A stretch of DNA of 64,000 nucleotides from NCBI GenBank assembly GCA_902799455.1, contig CADCAX010000007.1:1444-65443 (forward strand), in the 5' to 3' direction. Shown piece by piece: positions 26,950-35,794 of the stretch (position 1 is the first letter of the stretch; the number at the start of each line of letters is the position of its first letter). The translations under genes and the position numbers were made by a program. The stretch comes from an uncultured Prevotellaceae bacterium (GTDB taxonomy: Bacteria; Bacteroidota; Bacteroidia; Bacteroidales; Bacteroidaceae). The notes beneath the pieces were generated by a model. It saw nothing but the letters and a program-made list of their open reading frames with translations, had not been told where the DNA came from and did no database searches.

Positions 26950-27353
26950 ATCTATTTCGATTTTAAATGATAAATTATTTCGCTGCAAAGGAAATGGATA
27001 TCAATCAAATCGTCAAATTATCTTGAAATTTTGTCTCGATTTAACACATTTAAGACAATTTCCGTCTTAAATCACCTCAATCAAGACTAAACAAATGTAT
27101 ATATGCAACATTTTACACACAAACATCTTTTAATTTTATTATTTCTTTCATATTCCATTGATATTTAGAGTTTTACATAAAATTTATTACCAAAACAAGG
27201 TAAAACGAGAATTGGTAATTAAAATGGTAATGAATAATGCAAAAACGATGACTTCTCCTAATCAATCATAATGCATCAGTTTGTGAACAGTTCAAATTCA
27301 CTTTAAATCTCGTTTTCAACAACTTACGAGCGTAAAACTCTGATATACACACA

Positions 27354-27388
27354 AAGAAAAAGGAAACCCCAAGAGGTTTCCTTTTTCT
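27354..27388 (-). terminator. Island-supplied terminator downstream of tRNA-Ser
   Basis: AAGAAAAAGGAAACC-ccaaga-GGTTTCCTTTTTCTT hairpin. Confidence 0.75.
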
Positions 27389-27395
27389 TTTTCAG

Positions 27396-27483
27396 CGGAA
27401 GATGAGGGATTCAAACCCCCGATACCCGAAGGGGGTATACCGGATTTCGAGTCCAGCGCATTCGGTCACTCTGCCAATCTTCC
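27396..27483 (-). tRNA. tRNA-Ser (anticodon CGA); CCA not encoded
   Basis: GGAAGAT/ATCTTCC acceptor stem, anticodon arm CTGGA-CT CGA AA-TCCGG, long variable arm, T-arm GGGGG-TTTGAAT-CCCTC, discriminator G. Confidence 0.95.
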
Positions 27484-27516
27484 TTTGCCGATTAATTCTT
27501 AACTCTTAATTCTTAA

Positions 27517-28971
27517 CTACCCTTGATGCTGCTCTCTGAGCAAATCATTCACAGTCTTCACAGGATTGAATGTTCCCAATGGAACCTCAACAAAGACTGT
27601 TGACCAGTCTGACATAGCACCATTCCACAATCCTGGAAGCTCAAGAGCACGCAACTCCTTACCATTCTTTGACTTGCTAGAGATAAATCCTGTAGAAGGA
27701 TCTACATAGTCAGGAAGGTTGAAAGCGTTACCCTTGTAATCCTTCACAGCACATACGAGGTCAACGGGATTGAAGTGTGTTCCTTCTGTAAACATCTTCA
27801 TATACTCTGCATTACTCTTGTCTATCTGACTTGACTCAAGAATCTGAAGTGATACTGTACCATCCTGATTATATGTGAGGAATGGACCACCGCCAGGCTC
27901 TCCGACATTCTTCACAACTCCACAGACACGCATTGGCCTGTTAAGCTTCTTCTTCAGGTAGATCACCAGTTCTGCATCCTCCAGTTCCTTGATATCGCTC
28001 TTTCTGCAACACAAATCCTGCTGTACAAAGCGGATAATCTCTTCCAGCTTAGCATGGTCATACTTGCCGCTATCCAGTACTTCGAGGTATTCAAAGGCTT
28101 TCTTCTGGAGTGTTACGAGCACACCTGCTATTACCTGCTTCCACTGTACCGTCTCTGGTTTCAGACGATCTGGGACAACATTGTCAATATTCTTGATAAA
28201 GATGACATCTCCGTCTATCTCGTTAAGATTCTCTATCAGGGCGCCATGACCTCCTGGGCGGAAGAGCAGAGAGCCGTCACTGTTACGGAACAGTGTATTA
28301 TCTGGATTAACAGCTACTGTATCTGTAGAAGGTTTCTGCTCTGAGAATGACACATTGTACTTCACGCCATACTTTGCCTCAAACTTTGGCAGGTTTTCTG
28401 CGATGTGCTTCTTAAAGAGTTCCAAGTGGTCATGAGAAACTGTAAAGTGAAGATTCACCTTTCCGTTAGATGATGCATACAGGGCGCCCTCTACGAGATG
28501 CTCCAATGCTGGTGTGCGAGGACCGTCTTCATACTTATGGAACAGCAGGAGTCCCTTTGGCAGATTGCCATAGTTCATGTCATTGAGAAGATAGGAAACT
28601 GCCTCCTTACCCTCTTTGCCTGCCAGCTGTGGGCCGAAAGCAAACTTATCCTTGCCGGCCATGAATTTCTTGATGAAGTCTGTCTCCTCACCATTGTCCA
28701 AAAATTCAAAGAGATTCTTGAACATACGTGAAGCAGCACCTGAAGCAGGTACGAACTTAACGATCTTCTTGCCGCTGGCTTTATAATCTTCCCAGGCCTT
28801 TTCATATGCCTGCACCTCATCCTGGCTAGGAGCCATGATGCCTTTGCCAATAGCAGCTGCTGCCTCTAACTTCAGAAATGGAAAACCAGTCTCAAACTGC
28901 TTGATTTGAGTCTCTATCTGTTGTTCACTAATACCTTTTGCCTTAATTTGTTGTAGATCTTTCTGTTCCAT
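27517..28971 (-). CDS. DUF4301 family protein
   Basis: 'KFVPASGAASRMFK', 'FRPGGHGALIENL', 'GEPGGGPF', 'THFNPVD', 'FNPVKTVNDLL'. Confidence 0.9.
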   Translation of the reverse strand: MEQKDLQQIKAKGISEQQIETQIKQFETGFPFLKLEAAAAIGKGIMAPSQDEVQAYEKAWEDYKASGKKIVKFVPASGAASRMFKNLFEFLDNGEETDFIKKFMAGKDKFAFGPQLAGKEGKEAVSYLLNDMNYGNLPKGLLLFHKYEDGPRTPALEHLVEGALYASSNGKVNLHFTVSHDHLELFKKHIAENLPKFEAKYGVKYNVSFSEQKPSTDTVAVNPDNTLFRNSDGSLLFRPGGHGALIENLNEIDGDVIFIKNIDNVVPDRLKPETVQWKQVIAGVLVTLQKKAFEYLEVLDSGKYDHAKLEEIIRFVQQDLCCRKSDIKELEDAELVIYLKKKLNRPMRVCGVVKNVGEPGGGPFLTYNQDGTVSLQILESSQIDKSNAEYMKMFTEGTHFNPVDLVCAVKDYKGNAFNLPDYVDPSTGFISSKSKNGKELRALELPGLWNGAMSDWSTVFVEVPLGTFNPVKTVNDLLREQHQG

Positions 28972-28977
28972 ATAATA

Positions 28978-29080
28978 TTTAGTTTCTAGTTCTTAGCCCT
29001 TTTTAATTCTTAATTCTTAACTCTTAATTCTTAACTTTTAATTCTTAACTTTTAATTCTTAACTCTTAACTCATAACTAA
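28978..29080. repeat. Long heptamer array (TTAATTC/TTAACTC/TTAACTT)n
   Basis: More than 10 degenerate copies fill most of the intergenic space. Confidence 0.9.
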
Positions 29081-29725
29081 TCACAGCGCTTTCAGCTCTT
29101 TAATCACCTGATGCGGATCTTTTGCTCCAAACACGTAACTGCCGCTGACAAGTACATCAACGCCTGCTGCAGCCAGACGGGGTGCCGTTTCGCCTTGCAC
29201 TCCCCCATCGACTTCGATAAGAGTCTGTGCCCCCTTCTCGTTTATCATCTGCTTTAGGCGCTTTACCTTGTCAATGGTACTCTCTATGAATTTCTGACCA
29301 CCAAAGCCTGGGTTAACACTCATGAGCAATACCATGTCAATGTCAGTGATGATATCTTCCAGAACACATATAGGTGTTGATGGATTCAAGGTCACACCGG
29401 CCTTCATGCCTGCATTATGTATCTCCTGCAGCGTACGATGAAGATGCGTGCTTGCTTCATAATGCACATTCATCATCATTGCCCCCAACTTTGCTGTCTG
29501 ACTTATGTAACGTTCAGGCTTTTCTATCATATAATGTACGTCAAGCGACTTTGTACACACCTTTGCCACAGCCTCCAATACTGGAAAGCCAAACGAGATA
29601 TTTGGTACAAAGCTGCCATCCATCACATCAAGATGAAGCCACTGGGCCTCACTTGTGTTTATCATCTCGATATCACGATCCAGATGAAGAAAGTCTGCTG
29701 CGAGTAGCGACGGGGATACTATCAT
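29081..29725 (-). CDS. rpe: Ribulose-phosphate 3-epimerase
   Basis: 'HLDVMDGSFVPNISFG', 'MSVNPGFGGQKF', 'EVDGG'. Confidence 0.97.
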   Translation of the reverse strand: MIVSPSLLAADFLHLDRDIEMINTSEAQWLHLDVMDGSFVPNISFGFPVLEAVAKVCTKSLDVHYMIEKPERYISQTAKLGAMMMNVHYEASTHLHRTLQEIHNAGMKAGVTLNPSTPICVLEDIITDIDMVLLMSVNPGFGGQKFIESTIDKVKRLKQMINEKGAQTLIEVDGGVQGETAPRLAAAGVDVLVSGSYVFGAKDPHQVIKELKAL

Positions 29726-29913
29726 AATTGTAAGCGTAAAAGCGTATATAACTGAGTACGGCTTCTGATGGGGTAAAATAATCTGAGTAATCTTGTTTCA
29801 TAGGCGGGTGTTTTCTTATCTAACGCACGCCATTGCACTTTTATTGCATGTTTTTGAAATAATAATTCAGATTTTTCCTTTTCCGTTTTCGTTAAGGTTA
29901 TCGTTATCGTTTT

Positions 29914-29948
29914 AGTCTCCTTCCCTCGGGGAGGGCCGGAGTGGGGCC
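29914..29948. repeat. GC-rich REP-like palindrome, copy 1
   Basis: TCTCCTTCCC-TCG-GGGAGGGCCGGAGTGGGG; related copy at 30717-30747. Confidence 0.55.
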
Positions 29949-29950
29949 GA

Positions 29951-29989
29951 AAAAAGTCACGAACACCCATGAAGTAGTGTCCGTGACTT
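29951..29989 (-). terminator. Terminator of infC-rpmI-rplT
   Basis: AAGTCACG..CAC / GTG..CGTGACTT hairpin followed by a T-run on the minus strand. Confidence 0.6.
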
Positions 29990-30012
29990 ATAGGGTATTG
30001 TAACTTTTTAGT

Positions 30013-30357
30013 TTACTTTACCTTATCCACGATGGCTTTGAAAGCCTCTGGATTGTTAACAGCGAGGTCAGCGAGGACCTTACGGTTAATTTCGATTCCT
30101 GCCTTGTGAAGGAGACCCATCAATACAGAATAAGAAAGTCCTTCCATGCGAGCAGCAGCGTTGATACGCTGAATCCACAGAGCGCGGAATGTACGCTTCT
30201 TGTTCTTACGATCACGATAAGCATAGGTAAGACCCTTCTCCCAAGTGTTCTTTGCTACTGTCCAAACATTCTTGCGTGCGCCATAGTAACCCTTGGTAAG
30301 CTTCAGAATTCGAGTTCTCTTTGCCTTTGAGGCAACATGATTTACTGATCTTGGCAT
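30013..30357 (-). CDS. rplT: 50S ribosomal protein L20
   Basis: '[26 protein letters not shown]', '[10 protein letters not shown]'. Confidence 0.99.
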   Translation of the reverse strand: MPRSVNHVASKAKRTRILKLTKGYYGARKNVWTVAKNTWEKGLTYAYRDRKNKKRTFRALWIQRINAAARMEGLSYSVLMGLLHKAGIEINRKVLADLAVNNPEAFKAIVDKVK

Positions 30358-30393
30358 AATTTTCTTACTTTAAAAGTTAGACGGTAGGGTTAA

Positions 30394-30591
30394 TTAACGC
30401 AAACACAGCAGATCACGAACCTGCTTCATGTTTGTAGAATCTACAATTGTTGAACCGAGAAGATTTCTCTTCTGCTTCTTTGTCTTCTTTGTCAGGATGT
30501 GACTGTGGAAAGCGTGACGTCTTTTCACCTTACCTGAACCGGTGAACGCAAAGCGTTTCTTAGCTCCGGAATTTGTCTTTACTTTTGGCAT
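30394..30591 (-). CDS. rpmI: 50S ribosomal protein L35
   Basis: '[14 protein letters not shown]...HILTKK'. Confidence 0.99.
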   Translation of the reverse strand: MPKVKTNSGAKKRFAFTGSGKVKRRHAFHSHILTKKTKKQKRNLLGSTIVDSTNMKQVRDLLCLR

Positions 30592-30716
30592 TTTTTTTGT
30601 TATTTAATTAATTATTATTATTAATGGTGGCAACGCATATACCAGGCGTTACGCACACTTTCTTCGTATTTCGTTTTTCGTTTTTCTTCCTTCGTATTTC
30701 GTCCTTCGACCTCTAA

Positions 30717-30747
30717 TCTCCTCCCCCTTGGGGAGGTCGGGAGGGGG
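30717..30747. repeat. GC-rich REP-like palindrome, copy 2
   Basis: TCTCCTCCCC-CTT-GGGGAGGTCGGGAGGGGG, directly after the infC stop. Confidence 0.55.
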
Positions 30748-31446
30748 TCACTCGTCAAACTTCAAGGCTGCTAAGGCTTCAAGTCCCTTCGCATTTGCTG
30801 CAAGACCGTCGCTGGCACTCTCCTCTACAGCTGCCTGAGCGGCACTGGCAGCACTGGCTGCTTCTGCCTCTCTCTTTTCACGGTCCATCTTCTGCTGCGA
30901 CTTCTTCGCTACGCCGGCCTTCTTAGGAGCCATGAACAGGAACATCTTCTTGCCTTCCAACTTCGGCATCTGCTCTACCTTACCATACTCCTCAAGGTCG
31001 TTGGCAAATCTCAGCAGCAATACTTCACCCTGTTCCTTGAATAGTATTGAGCGGCCTCTGAAGAATACATATGCCCTTACCTTGTTTCCCTCCTCAAGGA
31101 ATTCCTTGGCATGCTTCAACTTGAAATTATAATCGTGGTCATCGGTCTGAGGTCCGAAACGTATTTCCTTCACCTCTACCTTTACCTGCCTCGATTTCAT
31201 CTCCTTAGCCCTCTTCTTCTGCTGATAGAGGAACTTTGAATAGTCAATGATACGACATACCGGTGGAGTCGCATTTGGGCTGATCTCTACGAGATCCTCA
31301 CCTCTCTGCTGTGCTAATTCTAGTGCTTCTCTGGTTGACATCACAGTGGCACCATTGTCATCCACTACTCTGACCTCGCGCACCCTGATTTCTTCATTGA
31401 TGCGATACTGGCTTTTTGGGTCTACTTTACGTTTGTCTGGTTTCAT
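30748..31446 (-). CDS. infC: Translation initiation factor IF-3 with an Ala-rich C-terminal extension
   Basis: '[11 protein letters not shown]', '[12 protein letters not shown]', 'KEIRFGP'. Confidence 0.97.
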   Translation of the reverse strand: MKPDKRKVDPKSQYRINEEIRVREVRVVDDNGATVMSTREALELAQQRGEDLVEISPNATPPVCRIIDYSKFLYQQKKRAKEMKSRQVKVEVKEIRFGPQTDDHDYNFKLKHAKEFLEEGNKVRAYVFFRGRSILFKEQGEVLLLRFANDLEEYGKVEQMPKLEGKKMFLFMAPKKAGVAKKSQQKMDREKREAEAASAASAAQAAVEESASDGLAANAKGLEALAALKFDE

Positions 31447-31592
31447 TAACTATTTAAAAGTGAATATACATAATTACTCAATGCTACGCACGCGTACGCA
31501 AAAAGCGATGCAAAGGTAATAAAATTTTGTTAAAGCAAATCAGCCATACATCCACAATACCTTACTTTTAACTTTTTTTAACTCACTTCTCC

Positions 31593-31643
31593 TAGCTAAC
31601 CGCTAACCACTAACCACTAACCGCTAACCACTAACCGCTTAAC
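31593..31643. repeat. Heptamer array (CTAACCG/CTAACCA)n
   Basis: About 7 copies. Confidence 0.9.
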
Positions 31644-32797
31644 TACAACCTCAGTTGTAGAACAATCGGCAGATGATCACTCACCCCCTCGTGATATTTC
31701 GGCCCCAGATAAGTCCTGAAAGGTTTGTAACCACCCTGAGCGTCCTCTTCCAGCAGCCATGCTGCATCATATATGAAGCAGTTTGTGACATGTTGAGAGA
31801 CAGCGTCCGACAGAAAAATATGGTCAAGGCTGTTCCATACCCCCTGATATTTGTATGTGCCGAACACCTTTGTCTTCTTGTAGTTCAGTCCCTTTATTCC
31901 TTTCGACACCTCCATAAAGCCTCTGTCCGCCAGGTCTTTTAAAGCTTTGTCATTCGAATAGTCATTGAAGTCGCCCATGAGGATGATTTTCGCATCAGGT
32001 TCGATACGTCTTATGGAATCAACCGATTGCATCAAACGGTCTTTCACCTGTAGTCGGTAACCCTCCGTTGCCGACTTGCCGTTTCTGCGGCTTGGGGCAT
32101 GCACCACAAATATATGCAATCTTTCGCGCGCACGTGCGATACCTTTGATATAGAGGATGTCACGTGTTTGGATGTTTTCTATCTGGGGCCTTATGGAGTA
32201 GCTGCTCTCCAGTCGGAAAGTCAGAGGGTTGTAGATGACGGCAACATCTATGCCGCGTGCATCAGGGGAATCAGTCATCACATACCTGTAGCCCGCACCC
32301 TTCAGGAGACTGCGTCTTGTCAGCATGATAAGTGTCGAGTCATTCTCCACCTCCAGTAAAGCCGCAATGTCAGGGAGAGTTGCGTCGTTTTGGGCAGCGT
32401 TGGTGGTGCCGTTTTGGGCAGCGTTGGTGGTGCCGCTTTGGGCAGCGTTGGTGGTGCCGTTTTGGGCAGCGTTGGTGGTGCCGCTTTGGGCAGCGTTGGC
32501 GCTGCCACATTGTTGGATGACGCGGGCGATGTTGTTTAGTTTTTGCCAATAGCGGCTGAAGGTCCAGTGATGGGTTGAGGTGGGGAGAAAGTCGTAATCA
32601 TTCTTGTGCGTGATGGTGTGCGTGATGGTGGGTGTGATGGTGGGTGTGATGATGGAGGTTAAATCCGTCACCTCATTGTTTTCCAGGCTGTCGTGGCGGC
32701 AGGTGGAGGCAGGTGCCAGGCTGTCGTGGCGGCAGTCGAACAGGTTTTCACAATTATAGGAGACAATAGTAAAAAGAAGCGTCAACAGCAGACTCAT
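31643..32797 (-). CDS. Endonuclease/exonuclease/phosphatase family protein with repeat insertions
   Basis: 'YNCENLFD', 'LEVEN', 'DARGIDVA', 'HAPSRR', 'MGDFND', 'LDHIF', 'SDHLP'. The ATG overlaps the trkH stop (ATGA). Confidence 0.9.
   Translation of the reverse strand: MSLLLTLLFTIVSYNCENLFDCRHDSLAPASTCRHDSLENNEVTDLTSIITPTITPTITHTITHKNDYDFLPTSTHHWTFSRYWQKLNNIARVIQQCGSANAAQSGTTNAAQNGTTNAAQSGTTNAAQNGTTNAAQNDATLPDIAALLEVENDSTLIMLTRRSLLKGAGYRYVMTDSPDARGIDVAVIYNPLTFRLESSYSIRPQIENIQTRDILYIKGIARARERLHIFVVHAPSRRNGKSATEGYRLQVKDRLMQSVDSIRRIEPDAKIILMGDFNDYSNDKALKDLADRGFMEVSKGIKGLNYKKTKVFGTYKYQGVWNSLDHIFLSDAVSQHVTNCFIYDAAWLLEEDAQGGYKPFRTYLGPKYHEGVSDHLPIVLQLRL
32386..32499. repeat. In-frame 24-bp tandem repeat (4.75 copies; NAAQ[S/N]GTT)
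   Basis: Unit CG(T/C)TTTGGGCAGCGTTGGTGGTGC. Confidence 0.95.
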
Positions 32798-34251
32798 CTG
32801 TCTTTCCAAAAAAGAGGTGTAAAAATGATGAGCACTGAGAATATCTCCAAACGGCCCATCAACATGAGGACCGAACATATCCACTTCGCAAAGTCGGGCA
32901 AGTCGTTCCACGACATGGTGGGCCCTATCTCGGTCCCAAGGGTGGGCCCGACATTACTCAACGTCGAAATGGTTATGGTAATGGCATTTGTAATATCTAC
33001 CCCTGCCACAATCATCACCGTAGCACAGAACACACTCAAGGCACAATACGCCGTCAAAAACGCCATCAACGTCACCCGCTGCTGCATATTGACATTGGTA
33101 TCTCCGACCTTCAGCGGCAACACTGCCTTTGGGTGCAGTATCTGCCGAAACTCATTCCGCATAATCTTAAACAACATCGTCACCCTCACGCACTTAAAAC
33201 CGCCCGACGTACTGCCGGCACACGCTCCGCAGAACATACATATAGCGAGCACCACCCACGTCACATGCGGCCACTTTGACGCATCGTCATTATACAGTCC
33301 CGTAGTCGTCAGGAACGACACGACCTGATATAACGCACACCTCAACGCCCTCTCAATGCCATAGTCATTGAAGTGCATGAGCATCACCATAATAAATGCC
33401 GTAAACACCGCTGTCAGGGTACAATAGACCTTCATCTCGGAATTATTGAGCAACCCCGTCAAATCACGTTTCACAAACAACTTGAACAGCAATATGAAAT
33501 TGATTCCCGACAGGAAACAGAACAGCGTCGATGTATATTCCATCGCAGGCGAATGGAAGTGCGCCACACTGTCATTATGTGGCGAGAACCCTCCCGTCGC
33601 AATGGTCGTCATGGAGTAGTTGATGGCATCAAACCAGTTCATCCCAAGGAAATGGAATATGAGGAAGCATGACACCGTCAGCACAATAAACACCACCCAC
33701 AGGCTCTTCGCTGACGTTGACAGTCGCGGATGGAGCTTTGTCTTTATCGGCCCTGTCGTCTCAATGGCAAAGACCTTCACGGACCCGCCCACCATCGACG
33801 GCAGGATGGCAATAGTGAAGAACACTATTCCCAACGCCCCTATCCACTGCGAGAAGGTGCGCCAGAACAGTATGCCATGCGGCAGATGCTCCACATCATC
33901 GAAGATGCTGGCACCTGTCGTCGTAAAGCCCGACATCGCCTCAAAATAGGCATTCGTAAAATCAGTAATATATCCTCCCACCATATACGGCAACGTCCCG
34001 AAAAGGCTATAGACAGCCCACGTCAGGGTGACCACGAGGAAGGAGTCTTTTCGCGACATGTTATTGTTGGCATTATGTCCCATATATCTCAGGATATACG
34101 CTGCCATCTGTGTCACGAGAATAGAAATAATGAATGAAAAGACATCATCCTCGTGATATGCCAACGCTATTACAAGGCATATCAGCATGAACAGCGACTC
34201 CAAGAACAGGAGTGCTCCGAGGATTTTGTATATGAGCTTGAAGTTGATCAA
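32794..34251 (-). CDS. trkH: Trk potassium uptake system membrane protein
   Basis: 'FEAMSGFTTTGAS', 'ATGGFS', 'TTTG', 'GSTSGGFK', 'SNVGP', 'GRLEI'; TTG start. Confidence 0.95.
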   Translation of the reverse strand: MINFKLIYKILGALLFLESLFMLICLVIALAYHEDDVFSFIISILVTQMAAYILRYMGHNANNNMSRKDSFLVVTLTWAVYSLFGTLPYMVGGYITDFTNAYFEAMSGFTTTGASIFDDVEHLPHGILFWRTFSQWIGALGIVFFTIAILPSMVGGSVKVFAIETTGPIKTKLHPRLSTSAKSLWVVFIVLTVSCFLIFHFLGMNWFDAINYSMTTIATGGFSPHNDSVAHFHSPAMEYTSTLFCFLSGINFILLFKLFVKRDLTGLLNNSEMKVYCTLTAVFTAFIMVMLMHFNDYGIERALRCALYQVVSFLTTTGLYNDDASKWPHVTWVVLAICMFCGACAGSTSGGFKCVRVTMLFKIMRNEFRQILHPKAVLPLKVGDTNVNMQQRVTLMAFLTAYCALSVFCATVMIVAGVDITNAITITISTLSNVGPTLGTEIGPTMSWNDLPDFAKWICSVLMLMGRLEIFSVLIIFTPLFWKDR

Positions 34252-34404
34252 CTTAAGAGTTAAGAGTTAAGAGTTAAAAGTTAAGAGTTAAGAGTTAAGA
34301 ATTAAGAATTAAGAGTTAAGAATTAAGAGTTAAGAAATAAACTTTCAAATATCTACTATCAACTGACTTTAAACTTTAAACGTTAAACTTTAACCGTTAA
34401 CCGT
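34252..34404. repeat. Composite heptamer element, copy 1: (GTTAAGA)n - core - (TTTAAAC/GTTAACC)n
   Basis: The 52-bp junction TTAAGAAATAAACTTTCAA-nTn-TCTACTATCAACTGACTTTAAACTTTAAAC is shared with 37728-37779, with 2 mismatches. Confidence 0.9.
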
Positions 34405-35747
34405 TATTTCACGAACAATTTCTCCAACCTGTGCATATCGGCATTATGGCAGAATGCCATTACAATATCGCCTGCCTGTATCTGTGTTCCACCAGATATG
34501 AGGATGCCTTCTCCGTTTCTCACGAGTCCGCCCAGGGTACATCCCTTTGGCAGCGACAGCTCGAAGACACGTTTTTTGGTAACGATGGAACCGGGTGAAG
34601 CAGTAAACTCCGCCACATCAGCCTTGGCATGCATCAGGAATCGCACATTAGAGGCTTTTCCCTCAAGCATCATCTCATAGATACGTGATGCTGCAATAGC
34701 CTTCTTGTTGATTATCGTTCCGATATCGAGGCTCTCTGCCATATCCACGTAATCCACATTCTCGACAACGGCAACCGTTTTTCGCACCCCGTGACGCTTT
34801 GCTGTCAGGCATGCCAGTATATTCGCCTCCGAACTGCCTGTAAGAGCCACAAAAGCCTGAGTGCTACGTATGCCCTCCTCCACGAGCAGCGAGGTATCAC
34901 GTGCATCACCATTGATGATGTAGTCACTACGCTTCAGTATCTCGTTGAGCTCCTCACAACGCTGCGGATCAATCTCTATGAGCTTATACTTCATGTACTC
35001 CGGCATTGTCATGGCAGTACGCACGGCAGTCCTTCCGCCTCCCATTATCATGACGTTAGACACGTCATCATACTTCTCCTTACCCACGATACGGCGGATA
35101 AGCGGAATATTCTGAGGCGTTGTCATGAAGTATGCTATATCATACAGCTGCAGAGTATCATCACCACGTGGTATGATAGTCTCATTGCCACGCTTTATCG
35201 CCACCACATGGTATGGGTCATCAGGCCCAATGAGCTCCTTCAGCGGACGGTCCAGAATAGTACATCCCTCACGCAGCTTTATGCCCAGCATGGTGAGAGC
35301 TCCACCATACACATCCCAACGCTGACGCACCCACGACATCTTCAGGCCCCTGATAATATCCTGCGCAGCAAGCATTTCAGGATATATGATGCTGTCAATG
35401 CCCATTGCCTTCAGAACATCGCTGTTCTTTGTCTTGGCATACTCATATTCCTCTACCTTTGCCACAGTATGCCGCACTCCAAGGCTTTTTGCCATGGTGC
35501 ATGCACACATATTCACCTCCTGATCATGCGTTACGGCAATGAACAGGTCTGCATTTGGAGCACCTATCTCACGCAATGCCTTGATAGAAATAGGTGATGC
35601 ATGCATCGTGAGCACATCAAGGTCTGGATTGATGCTGTCCAAGGCCTCCTCATCAGTATCAATGATGGTTATCTCCTCATTACTGCGTGCCAGCAAGGAA
35701 GCGAGATAGTTACCTATGGCATAAGCGCCGGCAATAATAATTTTCAT
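34404..35747 (-). CDS. trkA: Trk system potassium transporter regulatory subunit
   Basis: Two RCK-N/RCK-C pairs ('MKIIIAGA', 'VMIMGGGR'); 447 aa; upstream of trkH. Confidence 0.95.
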   Translation of the reverse strand: MKIIIAGAYAIGNYLASLLARSNEEITIIDTDEEALDSINPDLDVLTMHASPISIKALREIGAPNADLFIAVTHDQEVNMCACTMAKSLGVRHTVAKVEEYEYAKTKNSDVLKAMGIDSIIYPEMLAAQDIIRGLKMSWVRQRWDVYGGALTMLGIKLREGCTILDRPLKELIGPDDPYHVVAIKRGNETIIPRGDDTLQLYDIAYFMTTPQNIPLIRRIVGKEKYDDVSNVMIMGGGRTAVRTAMTMPEYMKYKLIEIDPQRCEELNEILKRSDYIINGDARDTSLLVEEGIRSTQAFVALTGSSEANILACLTAKRHGVRKTVAVVENVDYVDMAESLDIGTIINKKAIAASRIYEMMLEGKASNVRFLMHAKADVAEFTASPGSIVTKKRVFELSLPKGCTLGGLVRNGEGILISGGTQIQAGDIVMAFCHNADMHRLEKLFVK

Positions 35748-35794
35748 AACAATCGAGCTTTAAGCATTAAGCATTAAGCTATAAGCATTATCAA

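Larger units (their letters stand above)
20143..27408. mobile_element. Integrative element / genomic island inserted at the 3' end of tRNA-Ser(CGA)
   Basis: 17-bp direct repeat TCAGCGGAAGATGAGGG at 20143-20159 and 27392-27408 (the latter overlaps the tRNA 3' end); tyrosine integrase and excisionase-like gene near the tRNA; visibly AT-richer than the flanks. Confidence 0.92.

Noticed and set aside
27185-27240. GGTAA(T) repeats near the right att as integrase arm sites
   Set aside because: Too short in an AT-rich context, and not clearly mirrored at the left end.
20143-27408. Prophage
   Set aside because: No terminase, capsid, tail, lysis or replication genes.
29722-29970. 82-aa ORF upstream of rpe
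   Set aside because: It runs through a terminator, a REP-like palindrome and simple repeats, with no recognisable protein features.
32386-32499. Possible CRISPR array (24-bp repeats)
   Set aside because: Repeats are contiguous with no spacers, lie in frame within a CDS, and no cas genes are present.
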